Part shown: positions 8,554 through 17,605 of the stretch, one piece after another
Numbering within the stretch: the first letter of the stretch is position 1
How the letters are laid out: every line of letters begins with the position of its first letter
Virus record (IMG/VR): IMGVR_UViG_3300025423_000018
Coordinates: 1 to 63,570 of that record
Length of the DNA stretch: 63,570 nt
Direction: 5' to 3' (one strand)
Origin: a virus
Lineage: Duplodnaviria; Caudoviricetes
Program-made: the position numbers and the translations under genes
The notes under the pieces: generated by a model
What the model saw: the letters and a program-made list of their open reading frames with translations, nothing else
Told to the model about the DNA's origin: nothing
Databases searched by the model: none

Positions 8554-8578
8554 GAATAATCTCCTTAAAGTTTAAAGA

Positions 8579-8596
8579 TAGGGGCCGAAGCCCCTA
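8579..8596 (-). terminator. UUCG hairpin (weak terminator or stability element)
   Basis: TAGGGGC-TTCG-GCCCCTA on minus strand right after the 8601 stop; only a short U tract. Confidence 0.6.
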
Positions 8597-8600
8597 GAGA

Positions 8601-9302
8601 TTAATCAAAGTTACCGTAGGGGTAAGCTGTAGTTGTACCGATGTTTCCGTCAGGCTGTGTGTAACGCACAGTCAAGTACAAAGTACCAGCATTGGGAGCA
8701 GGAGTACCTGTACCAGTCAACACCAAAGTCATCACAACTTGTGAGAACGTAGCGGGCTCAACCACACCTGTGGGGTTGGTAAAGTCAGCAGTGGTTGCTT
8801 GGATAGCAGTCAACTGAGCACCAGTGAAAGTTGTAGAGTAACGACCAGCAGTCAATGTGTTCGCACTGGCTGTCAAAGTTACTGAACCGTACTGAGTACC
8901 GTTGAATTGGTTACCAATGTTTACCACACCAGCAGTCAATGTGGAACCAGATGTTCCAATGGCTGTACCAATGTCAACCAAGAAGTCATTGATCTGTGAA
9001 CCTGTGGGGATGTAAAACACAGCGCCGCGATACACGGTTGTAGCTGCGTCAGCAGTGATGGTTGCGGCTGTGGGAGGGTATACAGAACTAGAGTTTGTAT
9101 AAACAACAGCATTAACGTTGGGGATCAAGTTGCCATTAACAAACTGACCAGAACCACCGGGGTAACCAGCAGTACCATTTCCGCCAGTGTTGGCGAAGTT
9201 CATGTCAATGTTTTGAGCGAGATCGGTATATCCTACATCGCGGATGGGGCCAAATCTATTTGAGCCCGATAGAATTGGGCCGGAGAACGTGGAACGAGCC
9301 AT
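8601..9302 (-). CDS. Putative capsid-associated structural protein
   Basis: 233 aa; starts MARSTFSGPILSG; first structural gene after the MCP apart from the inserted endonuclease. Confidence 0.65.
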   Translation of the reverse strand: MARSTFSGPILSGSNRFGPIRDVGYTDLAQNIDMNFANTGGNGTAGYPGGSGQFVNGNLIPNVNAVVYTNSSSVYPPTAATITADAATTVYRGAVFYIPTGSQINDFLVDIGTAIGTSGSTLTAGVVNIGNQFNGTQYGSVTLTASANTLTAGRYSTTFTGAQLTAIQATTADFTNPTGVVEPATFSQVVMTLVLTGTGTPAPNAGTLYLTVRYTQPDGNIGTTTAYPYGNFD

Positions 9303-9319
9303 GATAATTCCTTATGCAA

Positions 9320-9392
9320 AAGTCTCTTGTTAATCGTTGCATCGTGACCCCTGGGCGGGCTGGCAACAAGAGAAAAAATCCCAGACAGCCTT
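9320..9392 (-). ncRNA. Structured RNA candidate resembling the Mu-gpT downstream element (Mu-gpT-DE)
   Basis: 9-bp stem 9323-9331/9365-9373 plus crossing 5-bp pairings 9351-9355/9380-9384 and 9358-9362/9386-9390; downstream of a gpT-like MCP. Confidence 0.45.
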
Positions 9393-9393
9393 C

Positions 9394-9421
9394 AATATAC
9401 ACTATTCCTTGGGTGTGTCAA
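9394..9421 (-). promoter_or_regulatory. sigma70-like promoter for 9302 and downstream genes
   Basis: TTGACA-16-TATATT on minus strand. Confidence 0.6.
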
Positions 9422-10142
9422 GAAGTTTTTTCTTGTTTCTTGCAGCCATCATTTTTGATTTCCAAATTGGATCCGCCCACAGTGCTTTGGCTGCGGCTTT
9501 TTTAGCAGCTTTGACTTCCTCACGGTTAGCAATTTCTTTGTTGTTTGCAGTTTGTTTAGCCGCATACTCAGGGTCAGCCCACTGAGTTTTAGCTTGAGCG
9601 CTGGTTTTAGCTTTGGACTTGTCTGTATTACGAGCTTCCTTGATGCTTTTAGCCAGTGTACCCCCTTTTGTTTCCCACATCTTTTTAGAATTGATTGACT
9701 TAGATTCAAGTGCTTCTGGCGTATTCTGAGCTTTGGTTTGCCCTGCAACTACTTTGGCGCGATACTCTGGGTCTTGCCAATGTTCTTTGGTAAATCGTCC
9801 ATCAGCGGCTTTTTGTTCTTCCGATTTAATATATCCGCTTGGGCCTTCGCCACCATCAGTTAAATTAAATAATGTTCCTGTTTTTAAATCTCGACGTCCA
9901 TATAGTTTGATAAGTTCCATCTCTTTGGCAAAAGCTTCTTCTTCATTTTCCGTTTCAAATACACGCTCACAAACGGCAACAAAATTGCGCTGTTTTAAAT
10001 GCGAAATAAAGTCTTGAAACGGTTTATTGTGAGATCCTCTTGACCAATGCGATAAATCACGATCTCCTGTACCTTTACCTACGTACACAGGCTGGCCTAG
10101 TTTAAGAGGGCGCGGGTCACGATAAACATAAACATAAAACAT
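9402..10142 (-). CDS. Free-standing GIY-YIG homing endonuclease with basic helical DNA-binding repeats
   Basis: FYVYVYRDPR..PVYVGKG..R, E..LI..YGR, LFNLTDGGEG; repeated W.DPEY units. Confidence 0.85.
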   Translation of the reverse strand: MFYVYVYRDPRPLKLGQPVYVGKGTGDRDLSHWSRGSHNKPFQDFISHLKQRNFVAVCERVFETENEEEAFAKEMELIKLYGRRDLKTGTLFNLTDGGEGPSGYIKSEEQKAADGRFTKEHWQDPEYRAKVVAGQTKAQNTPEALESKSINSKKMWETKGGTLAKSIKEARNTDKSKAKTSAQAKTQWADPEYAAKQTANNKEIANREEVKAAKKAAAKALWADPIWKSKMMAARNKKKLLDTPKE

Positions 10143-10166
10143 AGTTAACTCCTTTTAGAAGTCTCA

Positions 10167-10195
10167 ACTATATATCAATGGATGGAGAATGTCAA
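10167..10195 (-). promoter_or_regulatory. sigma70-like promoter of the GIY-YIG gene
   Basis: TTGACA-17-TATAGT, then AAGGAG RBS. Confidence 0.7.
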
Positions 10196-10264
10196 ATATA
10201 TTTTCTAAATACTTTTCGAAAACAAGTTACGATACGGGTGACACATAACAAAATAATATCCAAT

Positions 10265-10286
10265 AAAAAAGGCCCCGAAGGGCCTT
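10265..10286 (-). terminator. Rho-independent terminator after the MCP
   Basis: AAGGCCC-TTCG-GGGCCTT followed by T tract. Confidence 0.85.
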
Positions 10287-10298
10287 CTCAAATCGCGC

Positions 10299-10311
10299 TA
10301 AGTGCTTGATT
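10299..10311 (-). promoter_or_regulatory. IHF-consensus site
   Basis: AATCAAGCACTTA matches WATCAANNNNTTR. Confidence 0.4.
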
Positions 10312-10314
10312 TTA

Positions 10315-11226
10315 TTAGAAAGAACCTGAAGAACCCCAGATTCCCAATGGATCACTCCATCCAAAAGAGTAACGCTCACGTGATTTATAACGTACGTTAC
10401 CCGTATCAAAATCACCATCCATAGAGTTCTGCAATGGTGTGCGCTCGAAGTGCTTCAAGCCATTGGGAACGTCAGTGGTAAGGAACCAAGCGTTGGGATC
10501 TGTCAAGAAGTGGTTGACAGTGTAGCCCTCTGGGATTGCGCCCATTTGCTTGATGGCGTTGATGTCATTGTTTGTGGTAGCGACGCGGAGTTCGGTATCC
10601 AACAAACGTTTTGCAACAAACATCAATGAGGGAGGAATGACCAATTTCTTGGGCTTTGCAGCGATCAAGAGGCCACGCTCGTCTGTCCAAGCAGCGATCT
10701 GGATCACGGCGGCTTCCAAAGAAGTCTCGTTCAAATCAACTTGGGTAGTAGGAGTGTTAGCGTTGGTACCGCCGTTGACCAAGGGATGGTTAGTTGCAAA
10801 CAATGCAACGCCGTCACCACCAACATAGCTAGAGTTGAAGCCGTTATTTAAAACAGCAGCAGCTTTCACTTGCTTGGTATAAGCCATGGCACGAGCCAAA
10901 CCTTTGGTGTAACGAGCAGACAAGCTGTCGTACAAGTTATCTTCAATCGCCTCTTCAGTGATTGAGAAACCCAAAGCAATGGTTTCGTGGTTATAGCGAG
11001 TTGTCCATGCCTCTTGTGCATTGTCATAAGCGATGGCTGTGCCCTCGTTTTTAACAGGTGCTGCTGAGAAGCCAGACAGTTTGGTCTCTTCCTCGAATGA
11101 ACGCTCAGAGGTCTCTGTTTCATAGATCTCTTTGTGCTCTTCGCCATAACGTGCATACTCCAAACCGAACAAAGCGTTCAAGCCGGGGAGCAGCTCTTTC
11201 AATAATTGTGCGCGTGAAATAGCCAT
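10315..11226 (-). CDS. Major capsid protein (HK97 fold, Mu gpT-like family)
   Basis: 303 aa; LLPGLNALFG, HETIALGFSITEE, P.KLVIPPSL, NHFLTD..AWFL, RERYSFGWSD; strong RBS and terminator. Confidence 0.9.
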   Translation of the reverse strand: MAISRAQLLKELLPGLNALFGLEYARYGEEHKEIYETETSERSFEEETKLSGFSAAPVKNEGTAIAYDNAQEAWTTRYNHETIALGFSITEEAIEDNLYDSLSARYTKGLARAMAYTKQVKAAAVLNNGFNSSYVGGDGVALFATNHPLVNGGTNANTPTTQVDLNETSLEAAVIQIAAWTDERGLLIAAKPKKLVIPPSLMFVAKRLLDTELRVATTNNDINAIKQMGAIPEGYTVNHFLTDPNAWFLTTDVPNGLKHFERTPLQNSMDGDFDTGNVRYKSRERYSFGWSDPLGIWGSSGSF

Positions 11227-11241
11227 TTGTTAGCTCCTTAA

Positions 11242-12111
11242 TTAAACGCCATTAGCATTGAAGTAACTATGGTAACCAAAGTTCCATGTCACCAACACTT
11301 CGGGATATCCAGTGAATGTGAAGTTAACAGCGGAAGATTGCGCAGAGGCAACAGCCGTATTAATTGTCACGCTAGTACCAGACACAGCGGTTACATAGGT
11401 GTTTGAACCTGCTGTAATGCCGGGGCCAGTGACTGCCATTCCTGGGACGATGCTAGAGTTAGCTGCAGACAATGTGATTGTCGTAGAGCTAGAAGTACCA
11501 GCTTGCACATAAGACACTGCTGTATCAGGGACAATACCCACGATACGCATCGCTGCGCTGGTAGTAATTGGTGTGCTTACAGTAGCGGATGCAGAAATTG
11601 CAACGCCAGCAAGAGAGTCACCAGTGGTTGTAGAACCAGTATTGCCAGCGGCAGCGCCAATGTAATAAGCATTGGAACCAATGAACGCTTGGTTAGCGTA
11701 AGCAATAGTAGTGCTACCACCTGTACCGGCTGGGTTAACGACCACGGCTGATTTGAAAACAGCTTGAGGATCATCAACTACATAGCCAAGGGCGTCAGGA
11801 GCAGTTGTACTAGCTTGCCAGTATTGGTAACGATTCTTACCATAAATGGGGCCGCCAGTGGTGGAGTACTCACAACCAACGAACACACCGATTGTTCCAG
11901 CTACTGCTGAAGAAGCGTTGTATGCCAAGGATGAGACTACGAGATTACCGATGTTTGCACCGGTACCGATTTGAACAACGTCGCCGTTGAACAAGCTTGT
12001 GCCGTAACCATTCACGATGGGGAACATACGAGTAGAACCCGCATATACACGTCCACCGATCAAGTTAACAGGCTTCAGGCCGTAAGGGGCCGAAACTGTA
12101 GGATAAGCCAT
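11242..12111 (-). CDS. Putative capsid decoration/cement protein with Ser/Thr-rich insert
   Basis: PYGLKPV, LFNGD.V, IGVFVGC.Y, VVDDP; directly upstream of the MCP. Confidence 0.6.
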   Translation of the reverse strand: MAYPTVSAPYGLKPVNLIGGRVYAGSTRMFPIVNGYGTSLFNGDVVQIGTGANIGNLVVSSLAYNASSAVAGTIGVFVGCEYSTTGGPIYGKNRYQYWQASTTAPDALGYVVDDPQAVFKSAVVVNPAGTGGSTTIAYANQAFIGSNAYYIGAAAGNTGSTTTGDSLAGVAISASATVSTPITTSAAMRIVGIVPDTAVSYVQAGTSSSTTITLSAANSSIVPGMAVTGPGITAGSNTYVTAVSGTSVTINTAVASAQSSAVNFTFTGYPEVLVTWNFGYHSYFNANGV

Positions 12112-12127
12112 GTTAATTCCTTAAAGA

Positions 12128-12580
12128 TTAAGAACCAGAACCAAATGTAACCTTCGAACGTTTCTCTGAGAACAGAGGCATTCTAGGGTCGCTGTCTTTC
12201 AAGAAATTGTTATCCACGGAGTCCATTTGAGCTTGGTTTTGTTTTGCGTAATACGCATCACGTTGTTGCAAAAACTCTTCTGGGATTCTGCAGAGTAACA
12301 ATCCGCCTACCTCGATATTGCCTTTGAATCGGCCTTCTTCGGTGGCGTGCATCATCATCTCAGGATAATCTTCCGCTTTGCAGGGTTCATATCCTTCTCT
12401 GAACTTAGAGGAAATGTTACTGGGATCAGACTGCCCCATTGTGCTAATGCGAATGTATCTATGTTTCCAACCGGGCCGGGGGTCGGGCATAGGTAGAGTC
12501 TCAGGCGCCCTCCACATCGTTGGACGTTGGGTGGATGCTCTCGAATCTAGTTCGCGCGATAGTCTACTTTGTGCTGTCAT
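12128..12580 (-). CDS. Head-module hypothetical protein
   Basis: 150 aa between scaffold and decoration gene; LPMPDPRPGW.HRYIR, VGGLLLCRIP. Confidence 0.75.
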   Translation of the reverse strand: MTAQSRLSRELDSRASTQRPTMWRAPETLPMPDPRPGWKHRYIRISTMGQSDPSNISSKFREGYEPCKAEDYPEMMMHATEEGRFKGNIEVGGLLLCRIPEEFLQQRDAYYAKQNQAQMDSVDNNFLKDSDPRMPLFSEKRSKVTFGSGS

Positions 12581-12582
12581 GA

Positions 12583-13512
12583 TTAGTTACTCCTCACTTG
12601 TTCTTCCGCAACCTTTTTGGCATAGAGTTCCAAAGGAACACCAAGCCGCTTGGCGATATTTACCTGAGTCTGAGTCAGCACGATCTTTTTGGGCGCTGTG
12701 CTTCTCGTAGCAGGTGCTACGTTTGATTTGGCTGGCCGCTGAGGGGGTGGCGCATCAGCAGGTTTCTCAGACTCAAACGCATCTGGGAAAACTTGTTTCA
12801 ACCGAGAATTTAACTTCTCGTAATACTCTTCGGACGATGGATTAACGCCAGACTTGAGGAGTTTCGCATGGTACCCCAACGCAAAGCTGGTCATTTCATC
12901 ATCGTTTCCGAACCACGGATTCTTTTCCCGCCACGCTTCCGCTTTGGGATCAACCACTGTAGTTGGAGCCGCTTGAGCCGTTTGTACTTCATTTTTACTA
13001 TCTTGTAAAGGGGTCGGCTTAAAATTGTTAACTTTATCAGCCTTTATCTTTGCAGCCGTTAGCTCTTCTTGTGCAGCCAACAGTGCTTCAGAATCCCCTG
13101 ACTCATAGGCAGTTTTGTACTTGGATTTAGCCTCTTCGATCTCTGTATTGACTACGCGTTTAGCGCTTTCAATCAAAGCTGTTTGGCTTTCGCTCAGTGA
13201 GCCTTTGAGTTTTTTATTCTCTTCGGCAATCACTTGGGCTGCACGAATGGCTTCTTCCCGCTCACGCTGGGCAGCCTCTGCCTTGCGGCGTTCTTCGTGA
13301 TAACCCTTAGTAAAGTGTTGTATCCTTTTTCTGACACTTTCGTCATACTTGGCTAGTTCATCCGCTTGAAAATCCTGTGGAGGTTCATCCATGGGTTTGC
13401 GGTTGCGATCCTCTGGGGGAGTATCGTCTTCGATTTCAATCTCGACTTCCTGTTCAGTTGCTTTATCAACTTCATCAGGGAACTTAAAGTCTTCACCTCT
13501 GTATGTTGCCAT
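12583..13512 (-). CDS. Capsid scaffolding protein
   Basis: Acidic N-terminus, long coiled coil, W...NPWFG, C-terminal LTQTQVNIAKRLGVPLELYAK; between portal and MCP. Confidence 0.8.
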   Translation of the reverse strand: MATYRGEDFKFPDEVDKATEQEVEIEIEDDTPPEDRNRKPMDEPPQDFQADELAKYDESVRKRIQHFTKGYHEERRKAEAAQREREEAIRAAQVIAEENKKLKGSLSESQTALIESAKRVVNTEIEEAKSKYKTAYESGDSEALLAAQEELTAAKIKADKVNNFKPTPLQDSKNEVQTAQAAPTTVVDPKAEAWREKNPWFGNDDEMTSFALGYHAKLLKSGVNPSSEEYYEKLNSRLKQVFPDAFESEKPADAPPPQRPAKSNVAPATRSTAPKKIVLTQTQVNIAKRLGVPLELYAKKVAEEQVRSN

Positions 13513-13522
13513 GTTTTACTCC

Positions 13523-13942
13523 TTATGACGCACGTGTAATCCCACGGGGATCTTCAACCACAGCTTCGACGTTGTCGTCGTTGATTAGACGGAACTCTCT
13601 GCCATGGATCTTCAAGCGGGTGCCTGAATTGGGTCTGACGATTACGAAATCGCCAATCTTGCAACGAGGCCCACTAGGGAACCTTGTTGTATCTGAATAG
13701 GCTTCTGGGCCCATCTTGATGACAAACAACACTGGGGTGAGCATCTCTTCTTTCCAAACTTCTTGGCTAGATTTGATAATCCCAATCTCGCTGTCTGCAT
13801 ACTCTTCCATCGCTTCGGGGACTACAGTTAATAGCATGAATCCCTTGGGGTCTGGAATCTGTTTGGCCTTTTGTTCTGGATCTTTATTCAAAATACCAGA
13901 AAGGTCTACAGCACTTACATCGAAGTTACTCGTCATCTTCAT
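13523..13942 (-). CDS. groES: GroES-like co-chaperonin
   Basis: P.GF.LL, GII, VIKMGPEAY, C.IGDFVI, G.R.KI.G.EFRLINDD.V.AVV. Confidence 0.8.
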   Translation of the reverse strand: MKMTSNFDVSAVDLSGILNKDPEQKAKQIPDPKGFMLLTVVPEAMEEYADSEIGIIKSSQEVWKEEMLTPVLFVIKMGPEAYSDTTRFPSGPRCKIGDFVIVRPNSGTRLKIHGREFRLINDDNVEAVVEDPRGITRAS

Positions 13943-14126
13943 CGTCCTTTAGTTTACGCACGAGGTCGGCTATCTCTCTTTGTGCAAGGGTAAGGCCTCG
14001 GATTACCCCACACATATTTTGGTACTCACCAAAATCCTTCGCAGCACCTTCGCTCATCGGTGCGGTATATGAATCTTTAATCTCTTCGAGTTTTTTAAGC
14101 AAATGTTCCAGCAGTCTGTCATCCAT
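13926..14126 (-). CDS. Small helical head-module protein (likely start 14126)
   Basis: MDDRLL..DFGEYQNMCGVIRGL; start overlaps the GT stop. Confidence 0.7.
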   Translation of the reverse strand: MDDRLLEHLLKKLEEIKDSYTAPMSEGAAKDFGEYQNMCGVIRGLTLAQREIADLVRKLKDDEDDE

Positions 14127-15057
14127 TCCAGCACCCCTTTGTAGCTTTGTCGTATACAACTTTATTTTTGTAATCCACACCTGAAAATTCAACAAATTGT
14201 TCTAGTGTTCTATCCGTGCCTAATCCATATATGCCGCGCATATTTCCATGAATCAAATTATTAAATCTTTCTTTGGATTGCCGATCTAATTCCCACCAGC
14301 GAACGCTTCTTACTTTGTCTTCTTCTTCAGACCAATGCTTGGCTCTTGTGCCATCGTTGTTGTCATACAAATGATAGATAGGTAATCTAGGGATATGGAA
14401 AATATCCCACCCATGCGTATACGCGCGAATGGATACAGACTGTTCTTCACCTTGGAAATAAAACAAAGGATCATAGGGAATTTCATTGACAAAATTTCCA
14501 TCTGCAAACACGCAGCCAGCGGCTATGTGAAAGCCTTTTAATGGAGTGTCGGTATCAACAGGAAGCCCAGTAATATTAACAAAAGGACTATCATCGTTGA
14601 ACTTTTGATCTTCTTTTATGTAAGCACAAACTGCCCCATTTGTGACGGGTTCTTTTATAAACTTATCGTCAACTATCTTAAATGGGTGTGGGTAATCTGA
14701 GATAACAAACCTAGGATTTATAGCTGCGCATTCTTCTGCGGCTTCGATCATTCGCTCATCCCAACCGTAGTCAAAGATCATGTGAGAATCAATTTGGAAA
14801 AAATAATCTTCGTCTCTATACAAAGACATGCATAGAGCCCTAGCCCAACAACATCCTCTAGATTCTTCAGGGTTAATACCTAAATACCTCATGTTGTCAC
14901 CGCTAGGAACTCTTAGGCGGTTTGATTCTTTCGTTTGCTCCACAATACCAAACACAATATCTTGTGGATATTTGGCATTTAGTAAGGCATCCAAAACTGT
15001 CCTTGTGAGCATTTTGTCTGCATACGAAGCAATTGATAAGAATATTTTTTTAGCCAT
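14119..15057 (-). CDS. GT60-like polypeptide/hydroxyproline N-acetylglucosaminyltransferase (GT-A fold)
   Basis: IFLSIASYAD, SRG.CWAR, YFFQIDSH, AAGCVF, PYDP.FYFQGEE, RAYTHGWDIF, IYHLY motifs of the Gnt1/'GlcNAc' family. Confidence 0.85.
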   Translation of the reverse strand: MAKKIFLSIASYADKMLTRTVLDALLNAKYPQDIVFGIVEQTKESNRLRVPSGDNMRYLGINPEESRGCCWARALCMSLYRDEDYFFQIDSHMIFDYGWDERMIEAAEECAAINPRFVISDYPHPFKIVDDKFIKEPVTNGAVCAYIKEDQKFNDDSPFVNITGLPVDTDTPLKGFHIAAGCVFADGNFVNEIPYDPLFYFQGEEQSVSIRAYTHGWDIFHIPRLPIYHLYDNNDGTRAKHWSEEEDKVRSVRWWELDRQSKERFNNLIHGNMRGIYGLGTDRTLEQFVEFSGVDYKNKVVYDKATKGCWNG

Positions 15058-17596
15058 TTGCAGGTTCTTGTGGTTGGTTCATCTGAGCATCTGCTTGCTG
15101 CTGTTGAATGTCCATCTTCTCACGAGCTTGTTGAGCCTTTGTCGCCATATCTAAGATATGCTTTTCTTGCTCTTGCTTGAGTTTGGCTTGATGTTCTTTC
15201 TCGGCATGCACTAAGCTTTGTCTGTGCTGGTGCTCAGTGTGGTGCATCTGCTGGGTGGCTTGCGCTACGTCCATGATATGCTGCTGGTTAAGCTGCTCGG
15301 GTGTTTGAACTGCGTTTTGCGCTGGTTGCGCTTGTGCTGCCTGTACCCCAGCTTGCTGTTGTTTCAACTGTAGCTCCGCTTGCTTGAGTGCCAACTCGCC
15401 CTGAACTTTATGAGCTTGTGTCTGAGCTTGCGCTGCCTTGATCTGCAACTCTTGCTGCTGCATTTGAACCAAAGGATCTTGAGCTTGTTGCTGAGCTTGC
15501 TGTTGTGCTGCCATCGCTTGGTGCTGCTGTGTGAGCTGCACTGCGGCTTGGGCCACGAGCCTAGACAACTGAACCTCTTGATCCGGTGGCAACTTGGCAT
15601 CTGGTGCTGGCATCTGCACACCCAACTGCTTCTCAATCTGGCTCCTATACTGGAACGCCAAGTGGTCTGCGATGTGCGCTTGGATCGCTGCTTGCATCTG
15701 TTGCGCCATGGGGTTTTGCCCAATCTGCTGAGCAATCATGGGATCCTGCATGAACGTAGAGTGCACCGCAATGTGCGCATCGTGATCTTGGAAGATAAAG
15801 GCTTTTGTAGGCTTTCCTTTGAGGAAGCCCATGTTCTCACTGATTGGATCTTTGGGCATCTCGTCATCTTCAGTCGGCACCAACTTGTCGGCGTTCTTCA
15901 CACCCAACACCTCGATCATCTGACGGTGCAACATCGGTAGATCATAGATCTGTGGAGCGCTTTGCGACAACTGAATCACAGCTTGGTACTGCATGATCCG
16001 CTGAGCCATTGTGCTTGAGTTGGGATCCGATACTGGGATCACCTCCACCAAGTCGTAGTCAGACTGTTTGGCTTTACGATCTGCTTTGTCTGGGTCGTAT
16101 GCGTAGGATTTCGGAGCATGCTCTCTGATGATTTCTTTCAAGAGCTTGAACTCTTGTCTCATCGAATAGTGCACACGGGCCTGCACAGCAGACATGGTCT
16201 TTAGCTGCCTCTCCAATAGAGCTAGCGTAGTACCCACAGGTGCGTTGGCACCCATGTCAGACACGTTCATATCTGCGATTGAACCAAGTCTTCTACCTTC
16301 GTCTGTGATCTCTTTAAGTAGACCTGCCAGAACCTGACTGGGTTCTTTGTATGGTAAGGGCATGATGTTGTCACGCAGTGCGCCTGACGCAATGTCCACA
16401 TCTCTAAACTCTCCGGGGGCGATCGGTGTATCGTCTCCCTTAGTACGCAGCCCACGGGTCTTCAACCCTCCGGGCAAGTTAGAGAGCGTACCTGCATCAA
16501 CGAGCTGTCTGATGATCGATGTACCTGCACGTGCATAGCCACCAATCAAATGGATGTATCCTAAACCATAAGCGCCAAAACCTGGCACATAGTCGTACTG
16601 AACTAAGTGGTCTCTCTTGAGTTTGAGTGGGTCTTTCTCTTTCCAATTGCGGTAGATTGAGAGAACCTTGCGCGTGCCTTTTTCAATCGAGATGATATAA
16701 GGTCTGGCGATGCCATCCTCATCTTCAAACATCGGCAAGTCATAGTCAACTTGAATTTCACAGATCTGATAGCGCTCATCGTCTGTCAATGAGTAGCCTT
16801 GCTCTTCAGCTTTTTTCTTCTCAACATCAGTGTGGATCTGTGTGGGTTCACCTAACTCAATGTCACGATAGAACCCTGAAACCTGCAGCTTTCTAATGTC
16901 GTTCTTGGTCTTCCTCATGATGTGAGTCACACGCTCAGCCATGCGCGCACCACTGGATCCATAAGGAATAATCACATCTTCTGCGGGGATATAGATTGAA
17001 GTCTGTCTACCAATGTTGGGGTCATAGTAAACTTTCTTGAACGCTGATCCTGTCAAACCTAAGTTGAACAACATCCTCTCATGCTCTGGTCTGTACTCAG
17101 GCATGCCCTCGGTCAACTCATAGTTCATATCAGCGCCAACTCGCTCAGCGGCTTCTTCCTTGAGCTTATCTATCGCACCAATGATCTCAGTCTTAACAGG
17201 GCCAGCAGCAGGAAAAGTCTCAATGATCGTTTCACTTTGAAAACGTACAGCAGCTTCTGTGAGGAGTGGGGAGTAAACGCCACAAGCACCGTTCCATGGC
17301 TCGGTTCTTTCCTCATACTTCATCCCCAATACTTCTAAGCCCTTGACGAGCATCTCAACCCAATCTTTTCTTGAGTTGATATCTGCCTCCACAAGCTCCA
17401 TGAGGCCACTGGAAATTTTCCCAAGCTCACCGTCGTCTAAGTACTCGGCTAAGTTGTCATCAAATTCTGTAGGGCCTAAGTCCTCTTCGCCTTCTGGTTC
17501 CGCTTCCTCACCCGCAATTTCAATTTCGATCTCTCCAACGTCTGGGTCAAGACCCTGCATGATCCCTTGAGGCGCGGCGTATAAACTCTTTTCCAT
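15050..17596 (-). CDS. Portal protein (P22-like, long Gln-rich C-terminal extension)
   Basis: 848 aa directly after TerL; FDDNLAE, GSAFKKVYYD, RQLVDAGTLSNLPGG. Confidence 0.9.
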   Translation of the reverse strand: MEKSLYAAPQGIMQGLDPDVGEIEIEIAGEEAEPEGEEDLGPTEFDDNLAEYLDDGELGKISSGLMELVEADINSRKDWVEMLVKGLEVLGMKYEERTEPWNGACGVYSPLLTEAAVRFQSETIIETFPAAGPVKTEIIGAIDKLKEEAAERVGADMNYELTEGMPEYRPEHERMLFNLGLTGSAFKKVYYDPNIGRQTSIYIPAEDVIIPYGSSGARMAERVTHIMRKTKNDIRKLQVSGFYRDIELGEPTQIHTDVEKKKAEEQGYSLTDDERYQICEIQVDYDLPMFEDEDGIARPYIISIEKGTRKVLSIYRNWKEKDPLKLKRDHLVQYDYVPGFGAYGLGYIHLIGGYARAGTSIIRQLVDAGTLSNLPGGLKTRGLRTKGDDTPIAPGEFRDVDIASGALRDNIMPLPYKEPSQVLAGLLKEITDEGRRLGSIADMNVSDMGANAPVGTTLALLERQLKTMSAVQARVHYSMRQEFKLLKEIIREHAPKSYAYDPDKADRKAKQSDYDLVEVIPVSDPNSSTMAQRIMQYQAVIQLSQSAPQIYDLPMLHRQMIEVLGVKNADKLVPTEDDEMPKDPISENMGFLKGKPTKAFIFQDHDAHIAVHSTFMQDPMIAQQIGQNPMAQQMQAAIQAHIADHLAFQYRSQIEKQLGVQMPAPDAKLPPDQEVQLSRLVAQAAVQLTQQHQAMAAQQQAQQQAQDPLVQMQQQELQIKAAQAQTQAHKVQGELALKQAELQLKQQQAGVQAAQAQPAQNAVQTPEQLNQQHIMDVAQATQQMHHTEHQHRQSLVHAEKEHQAKLKQEQEKHILDMATKAQQAREKMDIQQQQADAQMNQPQEPANG

Positions 17597-17605
17597 GATT
17601 GATCC

